Source: Methanotrichaceae archaeon (GTDB lineage Archaea > Halobacteriota > Methanosarcinia > Methanotrichales > Methanotrichaceae). Taken from it: DNA of 64,000 bases. The notes below the pieces were generated by a model. It worked only from the letters and a program-made list of their open reading frames with translations. It was not told the origin of the DNA and did not search any database. Positions within the stretch are counted from its first letter, which is position 1. Every line of letters starts with the position of its first letter. Position numbers and translations under genes: made by a program. Shown here in pieces: positions 1 to 10,069 of the stretch. The stretch spans positions 47,342 to 111,341 of the forward strand of contig CAWDLW010000042.1 of assembly GCA_963803145.1 (NCBI GenBank). Reading direction: 5' to 3'.

Positions 1-3
1 AAT

Positions 4-1416
4 ATGCTAACAGAGTTGAAAGAGCATCTTTTGGCGGGGTCGGCAGAGGAGTATCTAAGTAAGCTCTTTGATAAAATTGAGCACAGCAAGCTTAATGCCT
101 TCACGACCTTGGCAAAGGAGAGTGCTTTTAAAAGAGCAAGGGAATTTGATAAAAAGCCCTGGGGCGGTCTAATGGCTGGAATCCCTATCGCAATCAAGGA
201 GTGCATCTCCACCCAAGGGATAGAGAGCAACTGCAGCTCAAGGATTTTAAGAGGATATGTTCCGCCTTACGACGCACATGTTATAGAGAGGCTGAAGGCA
301 GAGGGCGCAATCATCATGGGCAAGACAAATATGGATGAATTTGCCATGGGCACGTCTACTGAGACCAGCTGCTTTGGACCAACAAGAAACCCTTGGGATC
401 CACTTTGCGTCCCCGGAGGCTCAAGCGGAGGGAGCGCAGCAGCAGTTGCTGGTGGCGAGGCGCCGTGCTCACTCGGCTCTGATACCGGCGGATCTGTCCG
501 CTGTCCCGCATCATTCTGCGGAATTGTCGGCTTGAAGCCGACCTACGGCCTGGTCTCGCGTTTCGGGCTCATCGCATATGCCAACTCTCTTGAGCAGATC
601 GGTCCCCTCACGAACACCGTTGAGGATACAGCACTGCTAATGGAGATTATCGCAGGCCATGACTGGAGAGATTCAACATCTGCCGAGAAGGGAAATTATC
701 TTCCCGACCTTAAAAAGGGAATTAAAGGCCTGAAGATAGGCATTCCAAAAGAGTACTTCGGCGAGGGCGTAGATAAAAGTGTAGAAAAGGCCGTTTGGGA
801 TGCCGTTTCGACAATGGAAAGCCTTGGAGCTAGCTGGCAAGAAGTTAGCCTGCCCCATACGAAGTATGCTCTGTCAGCTTATTACATCATTGCCATGAGC
901 GAAGCATCATCAAACCTTGCGCGTTTCGATGGCCTTCGTTACGGCTTGCGCATCGGTGAAGACAAGGATTGGCATACAACCTTCTCAGAGATCAGATCTC
1001 AGGGCTTTGGGCCTGAGGTCAAGAGACGCATTCTACTCGGAACCTATGCCCTGTCAGCAGGCTATTATGGACGGTATTATCTCAAGGCGCTCAAGGTTAG
1101 AACTCTAATAAAGAACGATTTCCAGAAGGTCTTCAAGGATGTGGATATCGTGGCATCTCCAACTATGCCTCTTCCGGCATTCAAAATAGGCGAGCGAATA
1201 AACGATCCGCTATCACTCTACATGGCAGATGTATTTACAGTCCCAATCAATCTGGCTGGGGTTCCAGCGATATCAGTACCATGCGGGTTTGCGGGCAATT
1301 TGCCCATTGGGCTGCAACTTATTGGCAAGCACTTCGGTGAGGATACAGTACTTCAGGCTGCCCATGCTTATGAGGCTGCTACCCCTTATCACCTCCAGAA
1401 ACCGGAGGCGATTTGA
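4..1416 (+). CDS. gatA: Asp-tRNA(Asn)/Glu-tRNA(Gln) amidotransferase subunit A
   Basis: Amidase signature GGSSGGSAAAV, GSDTGGSVRCPA, GKTNMDEFAMG; SSNLARFDGLRYG; directly followed by gatB. Confidence 0.97.
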   Translation: MLTELKEHLLAGSAEEYLSKLFDKIEHSKLNAFTTLAKESAFKRAREFDKKPWGGLMAGIPIAIKECISTQGIESNCSSRILRGYVPPYDAHVIERLKAEGAIIMGKTNMDEFAMGTSTETSCFGPTRNPWDPLCVPGGSSGGSAAAVAGGEAPCSLGSDTGGSVRCPASFCGIVGLKPTYGLVSRFGLIAYANSLEQIGPLTNTVEDTALLMEIIAGHDWRDSTSAEKGNYLPDLKKGIKGLKIGIPKEYFGEGVDKSVEKAVWDAVSTMESLGASWQEVSLPHTKYALSAYYIIAMSEASSNLARFDGLRYGLRIGEDKDWHTTFSEIRSQGFGPEVKRRILLGTYALSAGYYGRYYLKALKVRTLIKNDFQKVFKDVDIVASPTMPLPAFKIGERINDPLSLYMADVFTVPINLAGVPAISVPCGFAGNLPIGLQLIGKHFGEDTVLQAAHAYEAATPYHLQKPEAI

Positions 1417-2829
1417 ATGGGAGATGTAATAATAGGGCTTGAGGCTCACGTACAGATGAATAAGCTGAACTCAAAGCTCTTCTGCGGATGCTCGACCAAA
1501 TATCACAACGACGAGCCAAACACGCATACCTGTCCTGTGTGCCTTGGCCTTCCCGGCTCACTTCCAGTGCTGAATCGCAGGGCTGTGGAATACGGCATTA
1601 AAGTTGGATTGGCATTGAACTGCACCATCGAGGAAGAGACGCTCTTCTACAGGAAGAACTACTACTATCCCGATCTTCCAAAGGGCTTCCAGATAAGCCA
1701 GTATGATTATCCTCTTGCCACACACGGCCACCTCCTGATCAAGGGTGAAGATGGAATAGAGAGAGAAATCAGAATCACCCGGGCTCATATGGAGGAAGAT
1801 CCAGGCAGGCTGGTGCACGCAGGAACCATAGATAAGGCGAAATACACCCTTGTGGACTACAACCGCTGCGGAATGCCGCTTCTTGAGGTAGTAACTGAGC
1901 CAGACCTTCGGTCTCCCAAGGAGGCACGCGCATATCTGGATAAGCTGCGAAGCATACTGGAATATCTTGATGTCTTCGATGGAAGCCTCGAGGGCGCTAT
2001 GCGAGTGGATGCGAATATATCACTTGCAGGCGGCGATAGAACCGAGGTCAAGAACATCTCCAGCTTCAAAGGTGTCGAGAAGGCATTATCATACGAGATC
2101 ACACGCCAGAGGAACCTTAAGCGCAGAAATATCAAGGTCGTTCAGGAGACAAGGCACTTCGATGAGATCAGGAACTTAACCGTCTCCATCAGATCGAAGG
2201 AGGAGGCTCACGACTACCGCTACTTCCCAGAGCCTGATCTAGTGCCGATGCATATCGCGGATTGGGTGCCAGCGATAAAGGCCACGCTTCCAGAGCTACC
2301 CGACTCAAAACGTGCGCGCTTCATATCCCAGTATGGCATCACCGACGATCACGCAAAATCGTTGATATCCGAGATAAAGGTCGCAAACTTCTATGAGAAT
2401 GTAGCCGCAACCACACCGCCAAAGCTCGCTGCCGTCTGGATCGCCGATGTTCTCAAGGGCGAGCTGAACTATCGCAATATGACCATAGATCGCTTCAGTC
2501 CTGGTCACATGGCCGAGATCCTAAGCATGCTTTCTTCGGGCAGGATAGCAGAGGACGGAGCGGTGGAGATAATACGCTCAATTCTTGATAAAGGCGGCTC
2601 TCCCGATGAAATAATCAAGGCCCAGGGCCTCGGCAAAGCAGAGAATGAAACTGTGCAGAAGGCTGTTCGTGAGGCCGTTCTGGAATGTACTGCTGCCGTG
2701 GAGGACTACAGGAAGGGAAGCCCGAGGGCATTGAACTACATCGTCGGCCAGGTGATGAAGAAGACAAAAGGCCAGGCGGATCCTGGCGAGGTTCACAGAT
2801 TGGTGGAGGCGGAGGTAGATAAGCTCTAG
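1417..2829 (+). CDS. gatB: Asp-tRNA(Asn)/Glu-tRNA(Gln) amidotransferase subunit B
   Basis: IGLEAHVQ, KLFCGC, RKNYYYPDLPKGFQISQ, MEEDPG, RSKEEAHDYRYFPEPDL. Confidence 0.97.
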   Translation: MGDVIIGLEAHVQMNKLNSKLFCGCSTKYHNDEPNTHTCPVCLGLPGSLPVLNRRAVEYGIKVGLALNCTIEEETLFYRKNYYYPDLPKGFQISQYDYPLATHGHLLIKGEDGIEREIRITRAHMEEDPGRLVHAGTIDKAKYTLVDYNRCGMPLLEVVTEPDLRSPKEARAYLDKLRSILEYLDVFDGSLEGAMRVDANISLAGGDRTEVKNISSFKGVEKALSYEITRQRNLKRRNIKVVQETRHFDEIRNLTVSIRSKEEAHDYRYFPEPDLVPMHIADWVPAIKATLPELPDSKRARFISQYGITDDHAKSLISEIKVANFYENVAATTPPKLAAVWIADVLKGELNYRNMTIDRFSPGHMAEILSMLSSGRIAEDGAVEIIRSILDKGGSPDEIIKAQGLGKAENETVQKAVREAVLECTAAVEDYRKGSPRALNYIVGQVMKKTKGQADPGEVHRLVEAEVDKL

Positions 2830-2923
2830 AGAGATTACCTCTGAACTTTTTTATATTTTGTTGACATGCGATCGATTCTTTTTTATTCAACCCGGGTATT
2901 CATTCCCACCAGGTTGATCATCA

Positions 2924-4228
2924 ATGTCAGGTTATTGGGACCCCCATATTGAAAGGATGCCTGCAGAGGACTTACATACTCTGCAGGAGGATCGCCTTAA
3001 GTCGATAGTGCGCTATGTTTATGACCATTCTGCTTTCTACAGGCAGAGGTTCAAGTCTGCAGGGATCGAGCCCGGGGACATAAAAAGCCTTAGTGATATC
3101 ACAAAGTTGCCATTCACCCGCAAGGTCGATCTGCGAGATACTTATCCTACAGGCATGTTCAGCGCCCCAAAAAGCGAGGTTGTGAGATACCACGTATCCA
3201 GCGGCACAACAGGAAAGCCTACAGTAGTCGGTTACACTAAAGGCGATATCGAGGCATGGTCGGATTCTCTGGCGAGAGCACTTACATCCGTTGGCCTTGG
3301 ACGCGATGATACAATGCAAGTTGCCTATGGCTACGGTCTCTTCACAGGCGGCCTTGGACTCCACTATGGAGCTGAGCGCATAGGTGCCGCTGTACTGCCA
3401 GTTGGAACCGGCAATACAGAGCGTCAAATTGAGCTCATGCAGGATCTGGGGACTACTGCCATAGCCTGCACGCCATCGTATTTCCAGCACATTATGGAAA
3501 CGGCAGAGAAGATGGGCGTCTCCATAAAAGATGATACATTGCTCAAGACAGGTATATTCGGGGCTGAGCCCTGGTCGCTTGAGACGCGAAAGCGCATCGA
3601 GAACGCAACAGGAATAAATGCCTATGATATTTATGGAACGAGCGAGATCAGTGGTCCTCTCTTCACTGAGTGCCTTCAAAAGAACGGCATACATATTTGG
3701 GGAGACATGTTCCTGACAGAGGTCATAGATCCCAAAACTGGTGAGCCCGTGGAAGATGGAGAGCGAGGTGAACTTGTATTCACTACGTTGAATAAGTTTG
3801 CACTACCTCTGATAAGGTACAGGATAGGTGATCTCTCAGTCCTTGATAGCGAGCCTTGTGAGTGCGGCCGTACACATCCGAGGATAATGAGGATTCTTGG
3901 AAGGACGGATGATATGCTCATCATTCGTGGAATCAACGTCTTCCCAAGCCAAGTCGAGTCTGTGTTGATGAATATCCCGGAGGTTGGAGATCACTGGCAG
4001 ATACTTGTGGACAGGCAGGGATCGCTGGATAATATGACCGTGCGCGTCGAGCTTACGGAATCAGGGTTCAGTGATAAAATCGGCGACTTGATGAAGCTCA
4101 AGAAAAAGGTTTCAAAGGAGTTAAAAGGCGTGCTGAATATAGCTGCTGAGGTTGACTTGGTCGAGGCGGGAACGATTCCTCGATCAGAGGGCAAGGCCAA
4201 GAGAGTTATCGATAAGAGAAAGGTGTAA
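2924..4228 (+). CDS. paaK: Phenylacetate/aryl-acid--CoA ligase family protein
   Basis: HVSSGTTGKP, YGYGLFTGGLG, GRTDDMLIIRGINVFPSQVE, GKAKRVIDKR. Confidence 0.9.
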   Translation: MSGYWDPHIERMPAEDLHTLQEDRLKSIVRYVYDHSAFYRQRFKSAGIEPGDIKSLSDITKLPFTRKVDLRDTYPTGMFSAPKSEVVRYHVSSGTTGKPTVVGYTKGDIEAWSDSLARALTSVGLGRDDTMQVAYGYGLFTGGLGLHYGAERIGAAVLPVGTGNTERQIELMQDLGTTAIACTPSYFQHIMETAEKMGVSIKDDTLLKTGIFGAEPWSLETRKRIENATGINAYDIYGTSEISGPLFTECLQKNGIHIWGDMFLTEVIDPKTGEPVEDGERGELVFTTLNKFALPLIRYRIGDLSVLDSEPCECGRTHPRIMRILGRTDDMLIIRGINVFPSQVESVLMNIPEVGDHWQILVDRQGSLDNMTVRVELTESGFSDKIGDLMKLKKKVSKELKGVLNIAAEVDLVEAGTIPRSEGKAKRVIDKRKV

Positions 4229-4234
4229 GGAGGG

Positions 4235-4675
4235 ATGGTAGTGGCAGAGATTAAGCAGCTATCGCTGTTTGTTGAGAACAGGCCTGGGCGGATGGCAAAG
4301 GTTTCTAAGACCTTATCGGATGCAGGCGTGAATATAAGAGCCATGACTATAGCAGAGGCAGGAGATTTTGGAGTTATAAGGATGGTCGTGGATGACCCGG
4401 AGATGGGCTACAAAGTGCTACACGATAATGGCTTCACAGTTTCCACGACCGACGTCCTGACGGTCGAGATGAAGGATACGCCCGGAGGTCTCTACGAGAT
4501 CGTGAATACCCTTGGGGAGAACAATATCAACGTCGATTATGCATATGCCTTTGTTACAGCAAAGGCCCAGAAAGCGATGCTTATACTCAGGGTGGATGAT
4601 ATAGCCAAAGCTAGACAGGTGCTGAGTGCAAAAGGCGTAAAGATTGCGACGAAAGAGGAGATCCAGGCAATTTAA
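4235..4675 (+). CDS. Tandem ACT-domain protein
   Basis: KQLSLFVENRPGRM...NIRAMTIA and DTPGGL...NINVDYAYAF; usual neighbour of paaK. Confidence 0.9.
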   Translation: MVVAEIKQLSLFVENRPGRMAKVSKTLSDAGVNIRAMTIAEAGDFGVIRMVVDDPEMGYKVLHDNGFTVSTTDVLTVEMKDTPGGLYEIVNTLGENNINVDYAYAFVTAKAQKAMLILRVDDIAKARQVLSAKGVKIATKEEIQAI

Positions 4676-4781
4676 GGAGATCCAAGCGATCTGAGCTTGG
4701 ACACTTCTTTTTCTATTTTAATATGGGCTTCTCTCAGCTTATTACCTTATACTTTTCCTGCCTTAGTTCCATGTTTTTCGT

Positions 4782-4858
4782 CGTTCTTGGTGGCTTTGTG
4801 CCTTTGTGTTTGGCTGTCACTGAACGCTCACCACAAAGACACGAAGGCACGAAGAACG
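4782..4858. repeat. Imperfect ~30-bp inverted repeat with internal 9-bp periodicity
   Basis: cgttcttggtggctttgtgcctttgtg ... cacaaagacacgaaggcacgaagaacg between convergent genes. Confidence 0.7.
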
Positions 4859-4953
4859 GACTTGGAAGCTTGAAATTATTGGGCAATTAGTCAAAAGAAT
4901 GATTATAGTATTCAACTAACGAATACTTAAAATTCCAATTAGATATTCTCGAA

Positions 4954-5445
4954 CTATATATTCTCGTTTTGATAAACTCCAGAGTATGTCCTATCCGTCG
5001 CTCTTCCAAGTCTGAAAAACACAAGCTGCATAAGCCTCGCATTCTTCTTCAGCCTCAGACCATGAGGATTGTAAACTACAAGGAGGCTCTGGCTGCGCCC
5101 CCGGTAGCCCGGATCCCACAGAGCCGTTTCAAGAGTTGCACCGCTTCTCAGAAGGCTTGATCTCGGACGGGCTAAGGCTGCGATATCCTTCGGAACATCC
5201 ACGATCTCATTGAACGTAATGAGATAAGACCCCTGTCCAAGCATTATCCAGTCCGACTCGTCAAACTCGAGCAGTTCCCTCTCTGGAAGCTGTCGCTCTT
5301 TATTATCGTATGCTAGTGCTCCTGCTGATAGGAAGCTTTCCACGCGGGCAAGCGTAAGCTCTATGCCGCACATCTGTGTCTGTATTCCCGCATCTATCAT
5401 GGATTCCACGAGGCCGGCTGCCTCTGCGCCTGCGAGTATTGTCAT
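4954..5445 (-). CDS. Trimeric dUTPase / dCTP deaminase family
   Basis: ARPRSSLLRSG, LWDPGYRGR, RLMQLVF, YSGVYQNE; start taken at MTILAG (ORF track starts at 5502). Confidence 0.85.
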   Translation of the reverse strand: MTILAGAEAAGLVESMIDAGIQTQMCGIELTLARVESFLSAGALAYDNKERQLPERELLEFDESDWIMLGQGSYLITFNEIVDVPKDIAALARPRSSLLRSGATLETALWDPGYRGRSQSLLVVYNPHGLRLKKNARLMQLVFFRLGRATDRTYSGVYQNENI

Positions 5446-5554
5446 AATGACACCCTGATTACTATCAGCAAAGTTCAGCCAAGCCCATAAATAGCTGTCC
5501 ATTTCAGAAAGACATATTAACTATTCCTGCTAAATTATTATAGGGTGCTCTAGG

Positions 5555-6361
5555 TTGTTCGACTTCCTTAATCTGCCGATATTCGCGTTGCCCATCACTA
5601 TAATCCTTTTGCTTCTCATCATCATAATTCCCCTAATCATTATCTATCTGTTTCTGAGGCTCACAGAGGCTGCATTTGAACAGGTTGGCTTCGATCACCG
5701 GCATGCAACGCTTGCAGTCTTCGGCTCAATCATAGGAAGTCTGATTGATGTACCACTTCATTTCGGTACTATCAGCTCCTATCCTGGATGGTACGTAACG
5801 CTCGCCAGCACGTTTACTCATGGGTTTCCGACAACCTTCCATCCCTTCTATCTGGCCATCAACGTTGGAGGCGCAATAATACCTCTGATAATCTCTATTG
5901 ACCTCATCGTAGCCCGCAGGGTATCGGCGTGGAAGGCAGCAATAGGTGTATTCATTGTGGCAATAATAACATATATCCTGGCGGCGCCTGTGCCAAATCA
6001 GGGAATAGTTCTGCCCATCTGGGTGTCTCCCACCTTGGCAGCGGTCTGCGGCCTGGTTATATCACGCGGCTATGATGGCGCGCCATCGATTGCATATATA
6101 AGCGGCTCTATGGGAACTCTTTTGGGTGCAGATATCCTGAACCTCCTGACTCCAGGAGTCCTCCCAGCTCTCTCGCCCTTGGGACTGCAGACTACTAGGC
6201 CACTAACACTATCTATAGGAGGTGCGGGCGTATTCGATGGGATATTCCTAACAGGCATATTAGCGGTGCTCTTCGCGGCAGGGATTGTGTGCCTCTTCCA
6301 TAGATCATGCGATGGCGTAAAGATGCATAGGGACGTGCAAAAAGCCAAAAAAAGCTCTTAG
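5555..6361 (+). CDS. DUF1614-like membrane protein
   Basis: AINVGGAIIP, AYISGSMGTLLGADILNL, SIGGAGVFDGIFLTG; multiple TM segments. Confidence 0.8.
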   Translation: MFDFLNLPIFALPITIILLLLIIIIPLIIIYLFLRLTEAAFEQVGFDHRHATLAVFGSIIGSLIDVPLHFGTISSYPGWYVTLASTFTHGFPTTFHPFYLAINVGGAIIPLIISIDLIVARRVSAWKAAIGVFIVAIITYILAAPVPNQGIVLPIWVSPTLAAVCGLVISRGYDGAPSIAYISGSMGTLLGADILNLLTPGVLPALSPLGLQTTRPLTLSIGGAGVFDGIFLTGILAVLFAAGIVCLFHRSCDGVKMHRDVQKAKKSS

Positions 6362-6402
6362 TTTGAGGTATTGGCTAAAAACCAAAAATATTAGATTAAA
6401 AA

Positions 6403-6645
6403 TTAAAAGCCAAGCCCCATTAAATGTATTACTATCACTAGTATGGCACCGAGCACTCCGCCTATGGCACAGATGATTATGACCAGCCAACCATAGCCTA
6501 TACCTAAGCCCAAAAACATGTTTGCCAGGAAAAGTATGACCAGGCCGATTACTGCATTGACAACGAAATGGGTGACCGACCTCAAGAGTATAAATAAGCC
6601 GAATATTATAGCTATAATTAATATTACTATCGCCAGATCTATCAT
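6403..6645 (-). CDS. Small 3-TM membrane protein, BofA-like
   Basis: NAVIGLVILFLAN...IICAIGGVLG pattern; starts 18 bp after the symporter stop. Confidence 0.7.
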   Translation of the reverse strand: MIDLAIVILIIAIIFGLFILLRSVTHFVVNAVIGLVILFLANMFLGLGIGYGWLVIIICAIGGVLGAILVIVIHLMGLGF

Positions 6646-6663
6646 ACAACTGTTTAGATACCT

Positions 6664-9600
6664 CTAAGTATTTAAAAAGTTCTGGACCTTCAGCGGTTCA
6701 AGCTCACTTTCAAGCCTGTGTAGCTCCTTGGTATCCAAAGAGAGAGGATCGATATATACAATCATCACGGCGTACTTTAATGCAATCTCATCTCTTTGTG
6801 ACTGGATGAATCTGAGAACAGTTTCATAGTTGCTTTGTGTGATGAGATAGCCTACGCCCTCCAGCAATATTACAGGATAACTTACTCTCTCTAAGAAATC
6901 GGAAATTATGCTGCTGAGTCTGGGGAAGTTCGTAGGATCAACTGCTCTGCGCCCTGGTTCGCTTTTCTGTGTGAGCCAAATGACTGCTTCAATGGGTATG
7001 TTATATCTCTCATTTAACAAATCCGGATTGGATCTGCTTATGCATAGACCATCCATTTCGTGGTTAACAAGCTCGGCGAAAAGTTTGAAGCCCCGCCCCG
7101 GATTCTCCTCCTCAACCACATAGGTTGTTCCAGGAATAAGGGCAATTTCGTAAGGGCTTCTGCCATAGCTTTTCATGAGATCGATCACGGAGGACATGAG
7201 ATCAAAGCTTTGATCATATTTCTTGATAATCCTTGCTAACCTTCGTATTGCAATGAAGAAACCGCGACGCGTAAGCACAAGTCCAGAGCTTATTTTTATA
7301 TCAGATTCTTTCGATCTTACGGCCTCACGCATATCAGGCTCACATGCGAGCGTTGATTCATCCCGAGGCGCTGCCTTGGCCTCTTCAAAGAGGGTGCCAG
7401 AGGATATGAGCGTATTCACCTCATCCACTACCTGACTTCTTATCGGCTCTTTGAGTCCTGACAGCATAGCCTCTGAGAATATCTTGAAGAGGTACCCAGA
7501 TAAAGGTCCCAGAGTAAATAAAAGCTCCTTGACCTCGTTTACATCGTTTGGCAGATCTTTATGGACAAACTCGCGCCTTTCAGCTAAAAGCATGCGAGTC
7601 CCTTTGGAGAGGGTTTCTATCTCGTAGACGAAGTCGAGCACATCTCTTTCAGGAACTATTCCAGCATTCTTATTCACAAGATACTCTATATTGTCTATAA
7701 GCACTATGCTATTTTTGCTCGACTCAATAAATGACCTGATAGTCATGAATAATAGGGGCAGGTTCGTTGGAGAGATGTATCGATCGTCCCCTTTCTCTTG
7801 GCTGAGTTTGATTATGGGCGTCTCTTTGAATCCCCATCTTACCCGCACCTCCTCCGGATCCTGGCGAGTTACGCAGAGCCCCTCTATGCCGTGGGTTATC
7901 TGATCTTTGAAGACCTCATATGCCTTATCTGGCGCAATGTACATCTCTCCAGATTTCAGCACATATGCGGACTGTGTGGCTTCAGCAGCCTCAAGGACAG
8001 GTCTTATTGGGACCGTATCCTCAACGATCATCCTTGCAGCCGAGGACCCGATGGAGCCCGTCAATGTCTTCTCGAACTGTCTCCAAAGTTCTAATAGCCG
8101 TTTAGCATCAATCCTCTCGCGAGTAGTTCCAAGGCGCTCCAGGTCAGCATCTACAAGAAGCCTGGCCCTCTCCTCGCCAATATATCGTGCGAGAGTAGTC
8201 TCTAACTCATCGACGGTCCCAAGCTTAATATTCCCCATATCGACCTGCGAGATGCTAGTTCTCTTCTGGTATATATCGATGAATTGATCAGTGAGGGCAG
8301 CCTCATCGGCACTCGGTCTGGACATCAGGGATATAAGCACATACAGGATGCAGTTGGCCAGAAGCGACCAGAAGAGGGAATGCGTCCATATGTCCAGGTT
8401 CATCCCTAAAAGGGCGGTAGGTTTGAGAAGAGATATTCCGAATGGCCCGTTCTTCACGAGGTTTTCTGAAAGCCATCCTTCCCCAGCTATCGTCGGTATT
8501 AGAGCGGTATATATCCAGAGAAGAAAGCCTGTAGCGAGACCAGCTATGGCGCCTTTTCTGCTGCCCTTCTTCCAATAAAGCCCTCCCAGAGCGGCAGGTG
8601 CAAACTGGCTAACTGCCAGGAAGGAGACTATGCCTATATCCGCCAGGCTAAGGTATTCCACTGCCTGGGAGTAGAGATAACCAAGGAGAACAACAAGAAG
8701 TATGTTCAGACGCCTCATGTTGAGCAGAAGGCTAGGGAGGTTCCTGCCGCCGCCTATGCGTCTCAGAAGATAGGGCAGCTCAACATCATTAAGCAGCATA
8801 GTGCCAACTGCAACCGATTCGACGAGAATCATGGCGGTCGCAGCAGAGGCGCCGCCCAAGAATATGAATAAAGCTAGAAGGTCCTGGCCATGTGCATATG
8901 GTATAGTGATTATAAAGGCATCTTTGAGCCCAGGAGCATTCAAAATGATTCCGCCCCAGGCTATTGCGGGTACGAAGATATTCATCAGCAAAAGATAGAG
9001 CGGAAAAAGCCACATCGCCCTCTTAATGTGTGCCTCTTCTGAGTTCTCAACAACCATGACATGGAATTGCCTCGGAAGAAATAGAATTGCAAAAAAGGAT
9101 ATCAGTGTTAGTGAGAACCACATGGTGTAATCAACATCTGTTAGACCTGAATATTCAGGGCGTACGGCAATCTTATCAAGTATCGTTCCATAGCCTCCGA
9201 ATATGCCATATGTGACATAGATTCCGGCGAGCAGGAATGCTATAAGCTTGATCATCGACTCAAAGGCAACAACTGCAATCAGCCCTTCATGATGCTCCAT
9301 AGGGTCCAGGTGTCTTGCCCCGAATAGGATAGCAAAGGCCCCCAGAAGTACGGCTACTACCAGTTTCCTTTCTATTACCATTCCCGAAAAAAACAGATGT
9401 TGCCCGCTAAGAATATCTAACGATGTGGAGATGGCGATGAGCTGTAGAGCTACATAAGGTGTTATTGCCACCAGGCTAAAGATGGCGACTATGGCTCCGA
9501 TGGTATAGCTCCTGCCATAGCGGAAACCTATGAAATCACTGATGGAGGTCAGACGGAACTCCTTTGAGACGCGAATCATCTTTCTGATGAGAACCCAGCC

Positions 9601-9846
9601 CAGAAGCATTGCCAGGGTTGGTCCCAGGTAGATAGGCAGAAACTCTAGACCCGTAGATGCTGCTCTTCCAATAGAGCCGTAGAACGTCCAGGCAGAGACA
9701 TATACGCATAGCGACAGTGCGTAGACGTAAGGGTTTGAAACCACACTTTTGCCGAAGAGTTTCTGCCTGACTGCATATTGGGCTATCCCGAAGAGCAGCA
9801 GGAGATACAGTACTAGAGATATGAGAGCTATATTCGGGCCGATCAA
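6664..9846 (-). CDS. SLC5 (sodium:solute symporter)-STAC-2x DUF835 sensor fusion
   Basis: CbrA/CrbS-like N-terminus (YALSLCVYVSAWTFYGSIGRA, LPRQFHVMVVEN, QFAPAALGGLYW); STAC-like helices (LARYIGEERA...TGSIGSSAARM); two DUF835-like domains (GLCVTR..P/ISPTNL/VLIDNIEYL and GLCISR..P/VDPTNF/ILLEGVGYL). Confidence 0.85.
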   Translation of the reverse strand: MIGPNIALISLVLYLLLLFGIAQYAVRQKLFGKSVVSNPYVYALSLCVYVSAWTFYGSIGRAASTGLEFLPIYLGPTLAMLLGWVLIRKMIRVSKEFRLTSISDFIGFRYGRSYTIGAIVAIFSLVAITPYVALQLIAISTSLDILSGQHLFFSGMVIERKLVVAVLLGAFAILFGARHLDPMEHHEGLIAVVAFESMIKLIAFLLAGIYVTYGIFGGYGTILDKIAVRPEYSGLTDVDYTMWFSLTLISFFAILFLPRQFHVMVVENSEEAHIKRAMWLFPLYLLLMNIFVPAIAWGGIILNAPGLKDAFIITIPYAHGQDLLALFIFLGGASAATAMILVESVAVGTMLLNDVELPYLLRRIGGGRNLPSLLLNMRRLNILLVVLLGYLYSQAVEYLSLADIGIVSFLAVSQFAPAALGGLYWKKGSRKGAIAGLATGFLLWIYTALIPTIAGEGWLSENLVKNGPFGISLLKPTALLGMNLDIWTHSLFWSLLANCILYVLISLMSRPSADEAALTDQFIDIYQKRTSISQVDMGNIKLGTVDELETTLARYIGEERARLLVDADLERLGTTRERIDAKRLLELWRQFEKTLTGSIGSSAARMIVEDTVPIRPVLEAAEATQSAYVLKSGEMYIAPDKAYEVFKDQITHGIEGLCVTRQDPEEVRVRWGFKETPIIKLSQEKGDDRYISPTNLPLLFMTIRSFIESSKNSIVLIDNIEYLVNKNAGIVPERDVLDFVYEIETLSKGTRMLLAERREFVHKDLPNDVNEVKELLFTLGPLSGYLFKIFSEAMLSGLKEPIRSQVVDEVNTLISSGTLFEEAKAAPRDESTLACEPDMREAVRSKESDIKISSGLVLTRRGFFIAIRRLARIIKKYDQSFDLMSSVIDLMKSYGRSPYEIALIPGTTYVVEEENPGRGFKLFAELVNHEMDGLCISRSNPDLLNERYNIPIEAVIWLTQKSEPGRRAVDPTNFPRLSSIISDFLERVSYPVILLEGVGYLITQSNYETVLRFIQSQRDEIALKYAVMIVYIDPLSLDTKELHRLESELEPLKVQNFLNT

Positions 9847-10067
9847 TCCATATGCCCCCTATCACTATGCCCCCTATCAAATAGATACATCAGCAGAATT
9901 ATTAGCAGCCAGACTGCGGCTACCTGCACCAATACAAGCGGGACGCCAAATAGGGTTTTGCCCACGGTGAGCGTGAGAAGAGGCCAGTTGAACAGGACCC
10001 ATCCTAGGATAAAGGAGAATGCCCAGAACTCGTCCTGGCTGAGAAGATCCTCTGCTGATGGAGCCAT
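9843..10067 (-). CDS. Small 2-TM protein coupled to the SLC5 sensor
   Basis: Two hydrophobic helices (FILGWVLFNWPLL, VAAVWLLIILLMY); its stop overlaps the TTG start of the next gene. Confidence 0.7.
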   Translation of the reverse strand: MAPSAEDLLSQDEFWAFSFILGWVLFNWPLLTLTVGKTLFGVPLVLVQVAAVWLLIILLMYLFDRGHSDRGHMD

Positions 10068-10069
10068 AT

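Noticed and set aside
2972-3694. Long antisense ORFs (also 10982-11713 and many shorter ones)
   Set aside because: They overlap well-supported genes on the opposite strand and have no motifs.
4656-4694. 19-bp tandem duplication at the end of the ACT gene
   Set aside because: Short diverged slippage duplicate with no functional signal.
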